Below are positions 13,191-27,259 of a DNA stretch of 64,000 nucleotides, piece after piece. A program made the translations under genes and the position numbers. A model generated the notes under the pieces. It was not told where the DNA came from. It was given only the letters and a program-made list of their open reading frames with translations, and made no database searches. Every line of letters begins with the position of its first letter. The first letter of the stretch is position 1. The stretch is from Mobula hypostoma (Eukaryota), in assembly GCF_963921235.1 (NCBI RefSeq), contig NC_086114.1:22196001-22260000 (forward strand), written 5' to 3'.

Positions 13191-13789
13191 GTAACACCAG
13201 CACTCAAACGGTTAAACATTTCCTAACTGGTTCCATCTGCTTCTCAGAGCAACAGAGGGGGAGAGGGGGAGGGTTCAGTTCCTCTCTCCATCAGCTGTAT
13301 CCAAGTTAAAGTGCAGAATCAGCACTTTCCCTGCCCTCTGACACCCTCCAGCTGGTTTGCCAAGTTCAGGAGGCTCACTGGTATTGAATTACTGCCTGTT
13401 TGCATGTGTTTGTGGTTGCTGCAAGCCCTGTGGGGATCAGTTCATGCCTCCTTGCCTGTTAGGCTGAGTGTATCAGCTTCCAGCTTGTGGGGCTGGTGCA
13501 GCCCTTGGCAACAGTAAGGGCTCCATGTACCTATGGAGAGAAGCACAAAATCTACCTGAGTCCCCAGGATCAGGCCTTCAGAGCAAACTTTCCACCACCT
13601 GTGATTATCATGTTTGTACATGCTATAGGTGTCCCACCAAAATGAAATACCGATTTTCCTCCTTCTCTCCTTCCCTTTCTTCCAACAGCTATTGTCTACT
13701 TCAATAAGATTCCATTTTCTTCAGCTCTTTGTCACTTCCAACTATCATCCCCCAATCATCACATCACTCATCTTCACCGTTTTCCACCA

Positions 13790-15560
13790 TAAGACCATAA
13801 GACATAGGAGCAGTATTGGCCATTCAGCCCATCGAGTCTGCTCTGCCATATGATCATGACTGATTTATTTTACCCTCTCAACCCCATTCTCCTGCCTTCT
13901 TCCCATAACTTTTGGTTCCCTTACTATCACACTACCTTTAACTACACCCAATAATGGCCTCCACACACATCTCTAACAATGAATTGCACAGATTCACTAC
14001 CTGTGGGCTCAAGAATTTCCTCCTAATCTCTTTTCTAAAGTCATGTCCTTGTATTCTGAGGCTGCGCCCTCTTGTCCTAAGCTCTCCCACTATTGGAAAT
14101 ATCCTCTGCATGTCCACTCTACCTAGGCCTATACTAGCTATCTGATTTCTTCCTTTCCAGTCCTGATGAAAGGTCTTGATCCAAAATGTTGACTCCCATT
14201 TCCCTCCATGCATTCTGCCTGACCCACTGACTCCCACCGGCTGGAATTTGGAAGAATGCGGGGGGGATCCCTCATTGAAACCTACCGAATATTGAAAGAA
14301 CTAGACAGGGTGGATGTGGAGAGAATGCTTCCTATGGTGGGGTTATCCAGAACTAAAGGGCACAGCCTCAAAATTGACACATGTCAGCTTGGCCACGAAA
14401 GTAGAATCTCAAGGAATCAAACAGCATGTGAGATCCAAAATAGTCTCAAGAACAGGAAGTAAAAAATAATAATTGATGAGTATTTTTGTGACCGGAGGTT
14501 GTTACCAGTGATGTTCCACAAGGATCAGTAGTTCACCCATGCCTTTCATAATATATGTTAATGATTTAGACTTAAGCATAGTGGAGATGAAGAAGGTGGT
14601 TTTCAGATGATATAAAGGATATAAAGGTTGAGAGTGAAAGCAGATGTAGTTGGCCAGTTGGACAGAAATGTGGAAAACAGATCTAAATCCAGAGAAGTTA
14701 TCACAGTTGGGGAAATGCAACCAGGAAAAGAAATACACAATAGGAAGGAATTGATGTGTGAAGAAACAAGAGGTCTTGGAATGTAGGCCAACATTATAAA
14801 GGTAGCAGTTATAAAGACATGAGGGACGTTTTCCATCATTAAGCCAGCACAGGATATACTGGAACTGTAAAAAAATATCAGTCAAGCTACAATGCATGAA
14901 AGTTCAAAGTTCAAAGTAAATTTATTATCAAAATACCTATATGTTACCATATACTATTTGAGATTAATTTTCTTGTAGGCACTTATAGGGAAAAAAAGAA
15001 ATACCACAGAGTTGTGCAAAAGAAGGCAAACTGTGCAGATAAAACTAATACCGAGAACACAAGTTGTAAAGGGTCCTTGAACGTGAGTCTGTAGATCATG
15101 ATATCAGCTCGGAGTAGTGGTGAATGAAGTTATCCAAGGATCATCGGACAGGAGGTACCAGAGCCTTAGGTGCTACACCTCCAGGTTCAGGAACAGTTAT
15201 TTCCCCGCAACCATCAGGCTCCTGAACCGGTGTGTATAACTTCACTCACCTCAATCTATGGACTATGGATTTTCAGAACGAAGTCCATTTAGAACAGATG
15301 TGGAGAAATTATTTTAGTCAGAGGGTGGTAAATCTGTGGAATTTGTTGCCACAAGAGGCTGTGGAGACCAAGTCATTGAGTGTATTTAAGGCAGAGATAA
15401 ATAGGTTCTTGATTATCCAGGGTATCAAAAGGTATGGGGAGAAGGCAGGGGAGTGGGGATGACTGGAAGAATTGGATCCGTCCATGATTGAATGGCGGAG
15501 CACACTTAATGGACCGAATAGCCTACTTCTGTTCCCTATATCTTATGGTCTTATGGACTC
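13790..15560. mobile_element. Cluster of CR1 fragments (13790-14135 minus; 14240-14900 and 15275-15560 plus) with Rex tails and a Penelope remnant (hammerhead relic 14158-14195)
   Basis: Translations such as RIFPIVGELRTRGRSLRI, LIETYRILKELDRVD and FSQRVVNLWNLLP. Confidence 0.75.
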
Positions 15561-17019
15561 ACTTCCAGTGACTCTACAAATCAATAAGATTTATTTACAT
15601 GTTTTTTAAAAAAATTATTATTTAAATGATTTGTCCTCTTTTGCATATTGGACATTTGTTAGTGTCTGTTAAGTGTAATTTTCCATAACTTCCATCGTAT
15701 TTCTTAATTTTTCTGTAAATTCTGCAAGAAAATGAATCTCAAAGTGGTGAACATACAGGTACTTTGAAAATAAATTTACTTTGAAATTTGAACTTCGACG
15801 TTGCTCCCTGAAAGGATGATAGACGCAGAAATTCTTGTCACACTTAAACAGCACTCAGATATGTACTAGAAGAACTTGGACCTACATGACAATGGAGCAG
15901 ATGCTGGAAGACAGGATAAGACTGGATGTTTCCTCTCCTAACCAGCACAGAAATGGTGGGCAAAGTAACCTCCACAGCCGTGGATTATTTTACATGTTAT
16001 GACCCTAACCAATGGCCAGCATTTTAAAAAGGTCAGAGAGTTTTCCCATTTTATTACCAGTAGAATATTTCTCAGTTAATATCAATAAATAGATTATCTG
16101 GTTGCTATGCAACTGTGGCTCATGACAGTTTATCATGCCTGAACCGGTTTCTTGTGATTTACCTCACTGGCCATGAACTAGTTTGGGACTTTGGGAAGGT
16201 TCAATGGAAGTACATTTAATTTCTTTCTGCCCTTTGCTACAGATGCTAATAATTTGTTGCATCTCACCTACCTAGTTGTTACTTTCAGTCAAACCAAGGC
16301 AATAACCATTGGTAGACATAACATGGCAAGGGAGATGAGAAATCACTGTCTCAGCTTCACGCAAGAGTTAATGTTAACCAAGATTTACTGGGTTATCACA
16401 CCAGAATAATCCTTCCAATCAGCAGCCAAACAAAATAATGAGGAGAATAGGTCATTTTCCCTGAGGCAGTTGGTTCGAACTAAGTGACTTACAGAAATAC
16501 AAGGAAAACAATCTTAAATTGTGCAACACAAGATCAAGGTTAGATTCCTAGAGCTGATTCCTTCCTCTTGAGAGTTGTGGACTCCCAGAATAGATTGCTT
16601 TGGTTAATCTTAAAATAGAGGCTTGTTATGTTTTCCAAAATCATGTGAACTTGGGAGAAGAAAAATGAAAAATCTAGATGCTTTCTGAGGGTCTAGAATG
16701 ATCCAAAAGGAGCCATAAAAATTGGTGGCTAAAAGTAAGAGAACATATTAGGGAAATTTCTTGTAGACCCATTAGGGAAGCTGAGGTACTACTAGAGATC
16801 ACTTCCCATCTTTTGTACAAAGGTAATTGGAGTCCACCACCCTCATTGGTAGCAGTAACGCCCACATTTCTAACCCCTGATGCTGGGATAATATCTCCTC
16901 AGTTCTGAAGTCAGAGATGTGGTCTTCTACATGATTCGTGTAACTCAGGTCCTGTCTAGCATAGGTAGGGTAGACTGTCAGTCTGTCTCCCAGGGTGGAA
17001 ATATCAAATACAAATGTCA

Positions 17020-17900
17020 AAGCTTTGAAAACTGGGCCTCTGTACTTCCCTTTACAACTGGATCCTTGACTTCCTTAACAAGAGATCACAGTCAAAGCAG
17101 ATCAAAAATAATATCTCCTCCTCGCCGACAATCAACACAGCTGCTGCTTTGCCTACTGCTCTGCTCTCACTACACTCACGACTGCGTGGCTAAGCACAGC
17201 TCAGGTGCCATCTACAAATTTGCAGATGACATCATTGTTGTTGGTACAATCTCAGATGGTGATGAGGTGGTGTACAGGAGTGAGATGGATTGATTTGTTG
17301 AGTGGTGGTGCAACAAGCTCGCACTCAGCAACAATAAAGCCAAGAAAATGATGTGGACCTCATGGAGGGGAAGCTGAAAGAACACACACCAGCCCTCAGC
17401 AGTGGAAAGGGTGAGCAGCTTCAAGTTCCCGGGTGTCAACATCTCTGAAGATCTATCTTGAGCCCCACATATTGATGCAATTACAAAAAAGGCATGCCAG
17501 CAGCTATATTTCATTGGGAGATTTGCTATGCCACCAAAGATTTTAGAAAATTTCTGCAGATGTACGGTAGAGACTGGTTGCGTCACCTTATGGTTTGGAG
17601 GCTCCATTGCACAGGATTACAAGAGACTAGAGAAGGTCACAGACTCACCCAGCCAAATCCATCACAAATGCAATCCTCTCCACCATCGAGGGCATCTTCA
17701 AGAGGTGGTGCCTCAAAAATGTGGCATCCGTTACTAAGAACGTATCACTTGGGATGTGCCCTCTTCCTGTACCACAATCAGGGAGTTGGCACAGGAGCCT
17801 GAAGCCCACACTCAATGATTTAGGACCAGCTTCTTCCCGTCGACCATCAGATTTCTAAGGAGTTCGCAAACCCATGAACACCAAATATTTGCAATATTTA
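17020..17900 (+). mobile_element. Rex/Babar-type LINE RT fragment
   Basis: YTHDCVAKHSSGAIYKFADD; NFCRCTVETGCVTLWFG. Confidence 0.8.
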
Positions 17901-18316
17901 TTTATATTATAAAGTGGGTGATGCCTGGAACATGCTGCTGGGGAAGCAATGGGAGCAGATACAATAACAATGTTTAAGAGGCATTTAGATGGACACATGA
18001 ACAGGCAGGGGACTGAAGGATATGAACCATATGCATGCAGATGGGATTAATTAAAACTGGTGTCGTGGTTGGCACAGACATCATGGGCCGAAGGGCCTGT
18101 TCCTGTGCTATACTGCTCAATATTCTACGTTCTTTAGAGAAGCTGCGAAGGAGATGTACCTGGATCAGCGAGCATGTTTTACGAGGCTAGATCATGCGAA
18201 CTAGGGCTTTTCTCTTTGAAGCAAAGGAGGATAAAGGTGTCTTAACAGAGGTATAGAAGATAATAAGAGGCAAAGATCAAGTGGATAGCCAGAGACTTTT
18301 TACCAGGGCAAGAAAG

Positions 18317-18990
18317 GAGAGGAGAAGATGGCGGCGTGACGCAGCGCGCAGCAGCCACTCCGGTGATGAATATATGTTATCTGTCAAGTAGGGTGCCGTG
18401 CACAATCCTGATTTGATGGAGGCAGACGTGAGAACACGAAGGAACATCTGGTGAAACTTCTGAAATGCCTGTTTCGCTGCCGCCGCTATTATGTGACCCA
18501 GAACCTCCAGAGGGGAAGGCCCCGAGTCCTCGGCTTTGCTCGTTGCTCGGCAGCCGGGGCAAGGTCGAAGCGCTCGGCAGAGATGGTGCTCGGTGTCGGA
18601 GGGACTGGTCGGAGGCTCGAAGTTTTCGGATGGACTCAGAGTCGGCTGTGGTCGGGTGCTTCCAGGATGCTGCATCAGCAAGTTTGCGGCGCTGGAGGTT
18701 TATGGCAGGGAGAGTTTCTCCCTTCTACCGTCTGCGTGAGATGATGGGCTATCGGGACTTGAGACTTTTTTTTACCGTGCCCATGGTCTGCTCTTTATCA
18801 AATTACGGTATTGCTTTGCACTGTTGTAACTATATGTTATAATTATGTGGTTTTTGTCAATTTTAGTCTTGGTCTGTCCTGTGTTTCTATGATATCATAC
18901 TGGAGGAACATTGTATCATTTCTTAATGCATGCATTTCTAAATGACAATAAACGAGGACTGAGTGTCCTCATAATTTAATCTAATCTAAA
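18317..18990 (+). mobile_element. CpG-rich non-autonomous retroposon inserted in a CR1 fragment
   Basis: Starts with YY1-type AAGATGGCGGC (18325-18335), ends aaatgacaataaa...(aatct)n. CR1 sequence resumes on both sides (cagggcaagaaa|...|aaatggttaa). Confidence 0.65.
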
Positions 18991-19416
18991 AAAATGGTTA
19001 AAATGATGACGGGGGGAAACATAATTTTATAGGAATGGAGGAAAGCACAAGGGATGTCAGAGGTACATTTTTACATAGAGATTGGTGGGTACATGGAATG
19101 CCCTGCCGGGGGTGGTGATACAAGCAGGTATATGGATAGACACTTGGACGATAGGGAAATGGAGGACAACGTAGGAGGAAAGGGTTGGATTGATCTCAGA
19201 GTAGGCTATAATGTTGGCACAATATTGTGGGCCAAAGGACCTGAATGTGCTGTAGTGCTCTGTGTTCTAGGTGAAGTGGACATAAGAGACCCTCATAAAA
19301 GACGATTCAGATGGATTCTCCCCAAGTCTGTGGTCATTATTTGGCACTGGGGAAGTTCATTGTATGGAACTTAGCTGCTGTGTTCCAACACTACTAAAGC
19401 AACTACATTCCATATA

Positions 19417-20220
19417 CACTCAGTGGCCACTTTATTAGATTCACCCCTACATCTGCTCTTCCATGCAAATTTCTAATCAACCAATCATGTGGTAGTAACT
19501 CAATGCATAAAAGCATGTAGACATGGTCAAGAGGTTCAGTTGTTGTTCAGACCAAGCATCAGAATAGGGAAGAAGTGTGATCTAAATTACTTTCATTGTG
19601 GAATGATTGTTGGTGCCAGACCAAAAGGCCAAATAACTCCAATACTAAACGCTCCTATACATTCCTCCCAACACCTCAAATTTATGCCCCTTATACCCCT
19701 TTTTGCCCTGGCTGTCTACTCAATCTGTGCTTCTTATCATCTTGTACACCTCTACCTACTGAGTATCTCAGAAACTGCTGATCTCTTGAGATTTTCAAGT
19801 ACGACAGTCTCTAGAGTTTACAGAAAATGGCGCAAAAAACAAAAAGAAACATCCAATGAGTGGCAGTTCTTTGGGCAAAAATGCTTTGTTAATGAGAGTG
19901 GTCAGACTGGTTCAAGCTTACAGGAAGGTGACAGTAATTCAAAGAACCATGCATTACTGTAGTGGTGAGCAGAAGAGAATCTCCAAACACACATGTCAAA
20001 CCTTGAAGTAGATGAGCTACGGCAGCAGTTTAGTAACACACACAAAATGCTGGAGGAACTCAGCAGGCCAGGCAGCATGAATGGAAAGGAATAAACAGTC
20101 GATGTTTTGGGCCGAGACCCTTCAGCAGGACTGGAGAGAAAATAGAAGAGGAGTAGATTTAAAAGGTATGTCGCTTGGATTTCCAGCATCTGCAGATTTT
20201 CTCTTGTTTGGTACTGAGTG
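19417..20220 (+). mobile_element. Tc1-derived internally deleted DNA transposon with nested CR1 and Penelope-derived inserts
   Basis: TA|cactcagtggccactttattag TIR; HTH remnant CDL...GMIVGAR...SISETADLLRFSSTTVSRVYRKW; actgagtg end at 20220. Confidence 0.75.
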
Positions 20221-20599
20221 TGTATTTTCTTGTAACAAAGAATTAAGTCATTCTACCTGGCAGGTCTGCACTTGTTCTACACCTATTTTCCTGTAAAATA
20301 TTCTGTGACACATTGTAATTACCACTCACATGATTCACCAGTGACCCACTGCACTAGGAAGCAATTTACAGCAGGCAATTAGCCTACCATCCAGCTTATC
20401 TTAGAGGGGGGCCCCATATGGGCACAGGGAGAACATGCAAACTCCACACAGAGAGTACCTGAAGTCAGGATCAAACCCAGTTCACTGGAACTGTGAAGGA
20501 GCAGAATTGCCCACTGCATTACAGCACTTTAGGAATCCTATGGTTAAGGCTGTGTTGATAATAAGATTTATTATTGTCAAATACAAAATGGAACACTAA

Positions 20600-21260
20600 A
20601 CACTACAGTACAGTTGGCCCACTATGTTAGACCCTTTAAACTCCCCCTCAGATCCATCTAACCCTTCCCTCTCGCGTAGTCCCCCATTTTTTCATCTATC
20701 TGCCTATCTAAGAGATTCTTAAATGTCACTAATGTAACTGCGTCTACCACCACCCCTGGTTCGATACACCTGTGTAAAAAGCCTGCCTCTGAAATTCCCT
20801 CTATACTTTCCTCCCAATACCTCAAATTTATGCCCTTTATACTCCTTTCCACCCTGGGAAAAAGTCACTGGCTGTCCACTCCCTCTATGCCTCTTAATAT
20901 CTTACACACCTCTGTCAAGTCACCTCTCATCCTTCTCCTCTCCAAAGAGAAAAGCCTCAACTCACTCAACCCATCCTCATAAGGCATGCTTTCTAATTCA
21001 GGCATCACCCTGGTAAATCTCCTCTGCACCCAATCTGAAGTTTCCACATCGTTCCTGCAATGAGATGACAGAATGGAACACTATACTCCAAGGGTTTTAT
21101 AGAGCTGTATCAGTACTTCATGGCTCTTGAACGCAATCCCATGAGTAATGAAAGCCAACACACCATATGCTTTCTCAACCACCCTATCAAATTACGTACA
21201 CTGGAACTTTGAGGGATCTATAGACATGGACCCCAAGATATGCCTGTTCCTCCACAGATG
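20600..21260 (-). mobile_element. CR1 3' fragment
   Basis: VQRRFTRVMPEL...LFSLERRRMRGDLTEV. Confidence 0.85.
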
Positions 21261-22124
21261 TTAGGATTGGTGATACAGTGATACGATTGGGCGAAGATGT
21301 GTATTAGGGGAAATTTCAGAAAAGAGGGGATTGGATGGAAGGAATTTCAGGGATTGGGCTTTGGCAGTGAAAAGTTCAATCAGTGAGATTTGATGTGTCG
21401 GGACAAGAGGCGGAGAAGTTGGAACTACAGAGAAGGACAAGTTGAAGAACAGAGGCTTTTTGTAAGTTTGGAGGAGGTTACAGGTTAGAGACAAGCTGTG
21501 GAGTTGCTCAGAATTTTAAATTGAGATGTTCAAATTCAGGTGAATAAGCATTTGTCTGAATGAAGCTTGAGATTGTGAAAGGCACTGAATAAATACACCA
21601 TACTTTTCTTTTTCAGTAAATGATGTGAATCAAGCAATCTTGAGCAATCAATTGCTACCACTATTCTATTGAATTTCTCGATGAAAAGAAGTGACTTCCT
21701 GTAGACTTGCATGTTGCAGATGTGGTAACCTGCATGGTCTGATAGTGACTAACCCGACTGACGTCACAACCCGGAAGCCCAGAAACCACATTCTGTGTAT
21801 TGCATGAGACCTGTTGTCTCCTCTACAGTAGCAGTAAACCCTGCAGTCAGACTGATGACTCACTGAGCTACAGACATCTGTTGCTCCCACAATGCAGGCA
21901 ACAGTCACTCCACACTGATGCCATATCTGAGGTCCACGAAGGCAGTAGATAATCCTCAACAGAATCTATTTTGGCCTTGGACAATGTAACTGAATAAAAG
22001 GAACTCAACAACATAAAGCACCAACCTTCACTATTGTCTATTTTATCCGTTAGCAAGACATCAAGAGTTCCCACCACTGTCTATAAGGAGCTTGCACATT
22101 CTCCCTGTGGCCGCATGGGTTTTT

Positions 22125-22838
22125 ATTTATTAATTTACAGGATGTGGGCATTGCCAGATAAGGCAGCATTTATTGACTGTCCCTAGTTGCCCTTGAGAAG
22201 GTGGTGATGAGCTGCCTTCTTGAACCACTGCAGTCCCTGAGGTGTAGGTGCAATCACAGTGCAGTTAGGGTGGGAATTCCATGATTTCTATTCAGCGACA
22301 ATGAAGGAACGGAACTATGTTTCCAAGTCAGGATGGTCAGTGACCTGGAAGGGGATTTCCAAGTAGTGGTGCACCCAGGTATCTGTTGTTCTCGTCCTTC
22401 TAGAATCTAGATGGTAGTGGTCGTGGGTATGGAAGGTGCTGCATTAGGAACTTCGGTGTGTTGTTGCAGTGCATCATGTAGATAGTACACACTGCTGCAA
22501 TTGTCTGTCGATGGTAGAGGGATTAGATGCTTGTGGAAGGGATACCAATGAAGTGGGCTGCCTTGTACTGGATGGTGTTAAGCTGCTTGAGTGTTGATGG
22601 AGCTGCACTCGTCCAGGTGAGTGGCAAGTATTCCTTTACACTCCTGACCTGAGCCTTTTAGATGGTGGACAGGCTTTGAGGAGTCAGGAGGTGAGTTACA
22701 CACCTTAGGATTCCTAGCCTATGACCTGCTCTGGTAGCCACGGTGCTTTTTATGGCTGAACCAGTTCAGTTTCCTGTCAACGGTAACTCCCAGGATGTTG
22801 ATAGTAGGGGATACAGTGATGGTGATGCCTCTGAATGC
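22125..22838 (-). mobile_element. CR1/L2-group LINE 3' fragment inserted into a V-SINE (22085-22125 and 22840-22980)
   Basis: PTINILGVTVDRKLNWFSH; the SINE core is split at ...gcatgggtttt|ctgggtgctccagtttcctccc. Confidence 0.7.
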
Positions 22839-22989
22839 CTGGGTGCTCCAGTTTCCTCCCATGGTCCAAAAACATGTAAATTTCCCCGTGATTGGGCTGC
22901 GTTTGGATTGGGGTTTGCTGGGCGGCACGGCTCGGGGGGGAGGCGGAGGAACCTATACCGCACTGTGTCTCAATAAGTAGAAAGTCTGA

Positions 22990-23945
22990 GGGCAGAGTTA
23001 GGCTTCTAAGGTTGTACAAATAAAGATTTACAGGAATGTTGCCAGGACTGGAAGGCCTGAGTTATAGAGAGAGTTTGGCCATCCTTGGAATGTAGGAGAA
23101 TGAGGGGTCGACCTTACAGTAGCATTAAAAATCTCTGCCCCCACAAACTCTGTGCAGGTCAACTCATTACAGGAAGGATTTGGAGGCTTTGGAGAGGACA
23201 CAGAAGAGATTCACTAGGAAGCTGCCTGGATGAGAGAGTTTAAGTTATATCGAAAGGTTGGACAAACTTGGGTTCTTTTGTCTGGAGCACAGAAGGCTGA
23301 AGGGAGGCTTGATAGAAGATTCTAAAATTATGAGAGGTGTATATAGGGTAGAGAGTCAGAATCCTTTTCCCAGTGTAAAAATGTCAAATACTACAGACGT
23401 GCATTTAAGATGAGGGGGCAAAGATGTGGTGGGCCAGTTTCTTTCACATGGAGAGTGGTGGATGCCTGGAACAGGCTGTCAGGGGTGGTGATGGAGGCTG
23501 ATATGATAGTAGTGTTTAAGAAACTGTTAGGCTGACACACAAATAACTTCACTCACCCCAACACCGAACTGATTCCACAACCTATGGACTCTCTTAGCTT
23601 CAGTATTAATTGTTTGTTTATCATTTGTTTTTCTTTCTTGCACGGTTCATTTTCTTTTGCACATTGGTTGGTTATCAGTGTTTGTGTGTAGTTTTACATT
23701 GATTCTATTGTGTTTCTCTTCGGTCAACTGTGAATGCCTGCAAGGAAATTAATCTCAGGGAAGCATATGGTAACATATGTGTACTTTGGTAATAGATTAC
23801 TTTGAACTCTGAGTATGCAGAGGAATGGAGGGATATGGACTGTGACCAGTTAAGATAGATTTAGATGAATCCAGTATGGTGCTTGTCGCGGACATGATGG
23901 GCTGAAGGGCCTGTTTCTGTACTGTACCACTCTGTGCTCCTACGT
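22990..23945 (+). mobile_element. CR1 fragments with a Rex-type tail inserted (~23540-23810)
   Basis: CR1 RT and 3' motifs; Rex tail ending ttactttgaact. Confidence 0.7.
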
Positions 23946-24509
23946 GAGAGTTCCACTGAGTCACAATTCTCTGCATAGAGCTTCTCACCTGGTGAGGTAG
24001 ACATGTTTTGTCACCTCCGACAGTGAACTGCAGTTCAAGGAGGTGATACTCTCTTATCGTTCACTGCCACAAATAGGTTTACATTTAATTTTTCAATCTA
24101 TTCCGTTTCTTCTAGACGTGTGAGATTTTTCAGCATTGGTGCCAGCACCAGTTTTTACCTTGTTATATAAACTCAGAGATTCACAGTACATTTATTATCA
24201 AAGTACGTAAGCAGTATACAACCCCGAAGTTTGTCGTCCCACAGACAGTCACGAAACAAAGAACTATGGAACCAATCCTTTCAAAGAAAAATACGAAACA
24301 TCAAATGCCCCCTTCCCCTTGCACAACAAGATCTCGTAAACGGCAGCGAAAACAAGCAACAATACAAGATGAAAAACACAAAATCAAAAGGCTTATTTCA
24401 ATACAGTAAAGACTGTAGGAGAAGCGACATAAATTTATCCATTGGTCACCTGACGTTCAAGCTATTTGATAAGAACATGGTTGATCCAATGCTTCAACTT
24501 CACTTTGCT

Positions 24510-24940
24510 CAAAGTTCAAAATAAATTTATTATCCCTCTATCTATCTATCTATATACTGTATATATACACACACAAAGACTGACAAACAACCAATTTGCA
24601 AAAGAAGACAGACTGTGCAAGTACAAAAAAAAGCTAACAATAATTCAGAGAAATAATACTGAGAATATGAGTTGTCGAGTCCTTGAAAGTGAATCTATAG
24701 GCTGGGGAATCAGTTCATTGTTGAGGTGAGTGAAGGTATCCACACCAGTTCAGGAGCCTAATGGTTGAAGGATAATAACTGTTCCTAAACCTGGTGGTGT
24801 GAGACCTAAGGTTCCTGTATCTCCTTCCCGGTGGTAGCAATGAGAAGAGAGCACGGCCTAAATGGTGGTGGTCCTTGGCGATGGATGCTGCTTTCTTGTG
24901 GCAATGCTCCATGCAGACGATCCATCTGATTCTGATTCCC
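24510..24940 (-). mobile_element. Rex/Babar-type LINE 3' end
   Basis: KKAASIAKDHHHLGRALFSLLPPGRRYRNLRSHTTRFRNSYYP. Confidence 0.8.
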
Positions 24941-25879
24941 ACAGATATTGAATGCGGAAAAAATTATCTAATCTCAAATTCTAAACTCTTTCCAGCTTGT
25001 GCAACTGCTGCTGCACCTCCGTGACTTCCCTTGGTCCTGCCACCTTCAGATTCTGCATCCACACACTCCTCCAGTTCTGACCCCCGGTGCATCTTTTACC
25101 CTCTTTCCTCACCCCTCTTGGCTGTGCCTTCCACTATCTCAGCGTTACTCTGTTGAATGTCCTCTCTCTTTTCCTCCTCCAAGAGCTACTTATAAACCAT
25201 CATACCATTGTTTAAAGTCAAGAACTGCTCCAACTGTACGGCACCTTATTTGCTAGACAGAATTTTTAAAAACTAACAAATTAGGAACCGGAGCAGGCCA
25301 TCTGACCCCTCAAGCCTGCTCTGCCAAGCAATAAAATCATGGCTGTTCTTTTTAAAAGAAACAATTAGGTTTCTTTGTCACATGTCCTTTGAAACATACA
25401 GTGAAATACGTCATTTTGTGTCAAATTAAATCAGCGAACATGGCGAACTAAGTACCACCATGCTTCCGGTGCCAACATATCATGCCCACAGTTCATTAAC
25501 CCTAAGCATACGTCTTTGGAAAGTAGGAGGAAACCAAAGCTCCCTGAGAAAATCTACAAGAAAAATGTAAGAACTCCTTATAGAGAGCTATCAGGATCAT
25601 ATTCTGATCTTACAACTGGCTGCTTTAACTGCTACACTATGCCCTTAATATTTGTAATTATTGTCTGATTGAAATTCACATTTGAGTCTACCCTCTTGCT
25701 TATCAAGTATCTACCTTTTGACTTAAAAACACTCACAGACTACTTCTGCTGCCCTCTGAGGAAGAAAGTGGCAAAGATCTATAGCCCTCTGAGAGAGAGA
25801 GAAAAAAGACACCTGGTTTTTGACTTAAATAGATGACCTCTTCTTAAAAAAATAGTATAAAGTTCTCTCACAAGTGCAA

Positions 25880-26530
25880 GCATCGTCTTCATTGCAAGAG
25901 GGATTGAATTCAAGAGCAGGGAGGTCATGCTGCAACTATACAGGGTACCGGTGAGGCCGCACCTGGAGTACTGTGTGCAGTTCTGGTCCTGGTCTCCATA
26001 CTTGAGGAAGGATATACTGGCTTTGGAGGCAGTGCAGAGGTTCACCAGGTTGATTTCAGGGATGAAGGGGTTAACCAATGAGGAGAGATTGAATCGCCTG
26101 GGACTATACTCTCTGGAGTTCAGAAGAATGAGAGGGGATCTTATAGAAACATACAAAATTTTGAAAGGTATAGACAAGGTAGAGGTAGGAAAGTTGTTTC
26201 CATTGGTAGGTGAGACTAGAACAAGGAGACATTGCCTCAAGATTCAGGGGAGAAGATTTAGGACTGAGATGAGGAGAAACTGTTTTTCGCAGAGAGTGAT
26301 GAATCTGTGGAATTCTCTGCCCAGGGAAGCAGTTGAGGCTTCCTCACTAAATATATTTAAGATACAGTTAGATAGGTTTTTACATAGTAAGAGGATTAAG
26401 GGTTATGGAGAAAAGGCAGGTAGATGGAGCTGAGTTTACGGACAGATTAGCCATGATCTTATTGATGGCGGGGCAGGCTCAATGGTCCAGATGGCCTACT
26501 CCTGCTCCTATTTCTTATGTTCTTACGTCC
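25880..26530 (+). mobile_element. CR1 3' fragment
   Basis: ORF 25927..26433 VRPHLEYCVQFWS...RGDLIETYKILKG...FSQRVMNLWNSLP; tail cttatgttctta. Confidence 0.9.
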
Positions 26531-26649
26531 ACCAAGACCCACAGGAACAAGTTCAAACTGTCAAACTTTTCCTTATAGGGCATCTGCCATTCCACTTGTC
26601 AACATAATAAGTATTCTCTGGACTGCTTTCAACACGCTAAAATCCTCCC

Positions 26650-26930
26650 TTAAATTAGCATAGCGGTTAGCATCATACCATTACAGCTCGAGGCAATGGA
26701 GTTCAGAGTTCAATGCCGGCATCTTCCGTAAACAAGTTTGCACATTCCTTCCCATGTGCATGTGGGTTTCTTCCCACTGTGCAAAGATATACTAGTTAGC
26801 AGGTTAGTTGGTCACTTAAAACCGTCCTGTGATTCGACTCGGGTTAAAGCAGTGGGTTGTTGGGTAGTGCTACTCGAAGGGATGGGAGGATCTATTCTGC
26901 ACTGTATCAATCAATCAATAAAGAAATAAA
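26650..26930 (+). mobile_element. HE1/V-SINE-like SINE (other copies approx. 20345-20530, 25430-25640, 29770-29865, 34535-34760, 35547-35795)
   Basis: A-box tagcatagcggttagc, B-box gagttcaatgcc, V-core gtttgcacattcct...gtgggtttc, tail (tcaa)n/aaataaa. Confidence 0.7.
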
Positions 26931-27259
26931 TACTGGTCATAGATAGATAGATAGATATGGGGACTTTTATTATATCAAGTCCTCTAATGCTATATTAACC
27001 TCCCTAGTCTACTATACTAGCCTCTCCACCACTGAGGACATCTTCAAAAGGCAATGCCTCAAAACAGGGACATCATCACTTAGGGTTCTTCCACTTAGAC
27101 CATGCCCCTTTTCGTTACTACCACCAGAGAGGAGGTACAGGAGCTTGACGCCACACATTCAGCATTTTAGGAACAGCTTCATCTCCTCTGCCATCAGATT
27201 TCTGAATGGACGACCCATGAATGCCATTTCACTATTTTTGCTCTCTTTTTGCTCAAAGT

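Noticed and set aside
21604-21730. Possible + strand exon after ttttcttttttcag
   Set aside because: Only a weak donor follows and no recognisable peptide; better explained as regulatory DNA.
26650-26730. tRNA gene
   Set aside because: A/B boxes belong to a V-SINE head; no cloverleaf seen.
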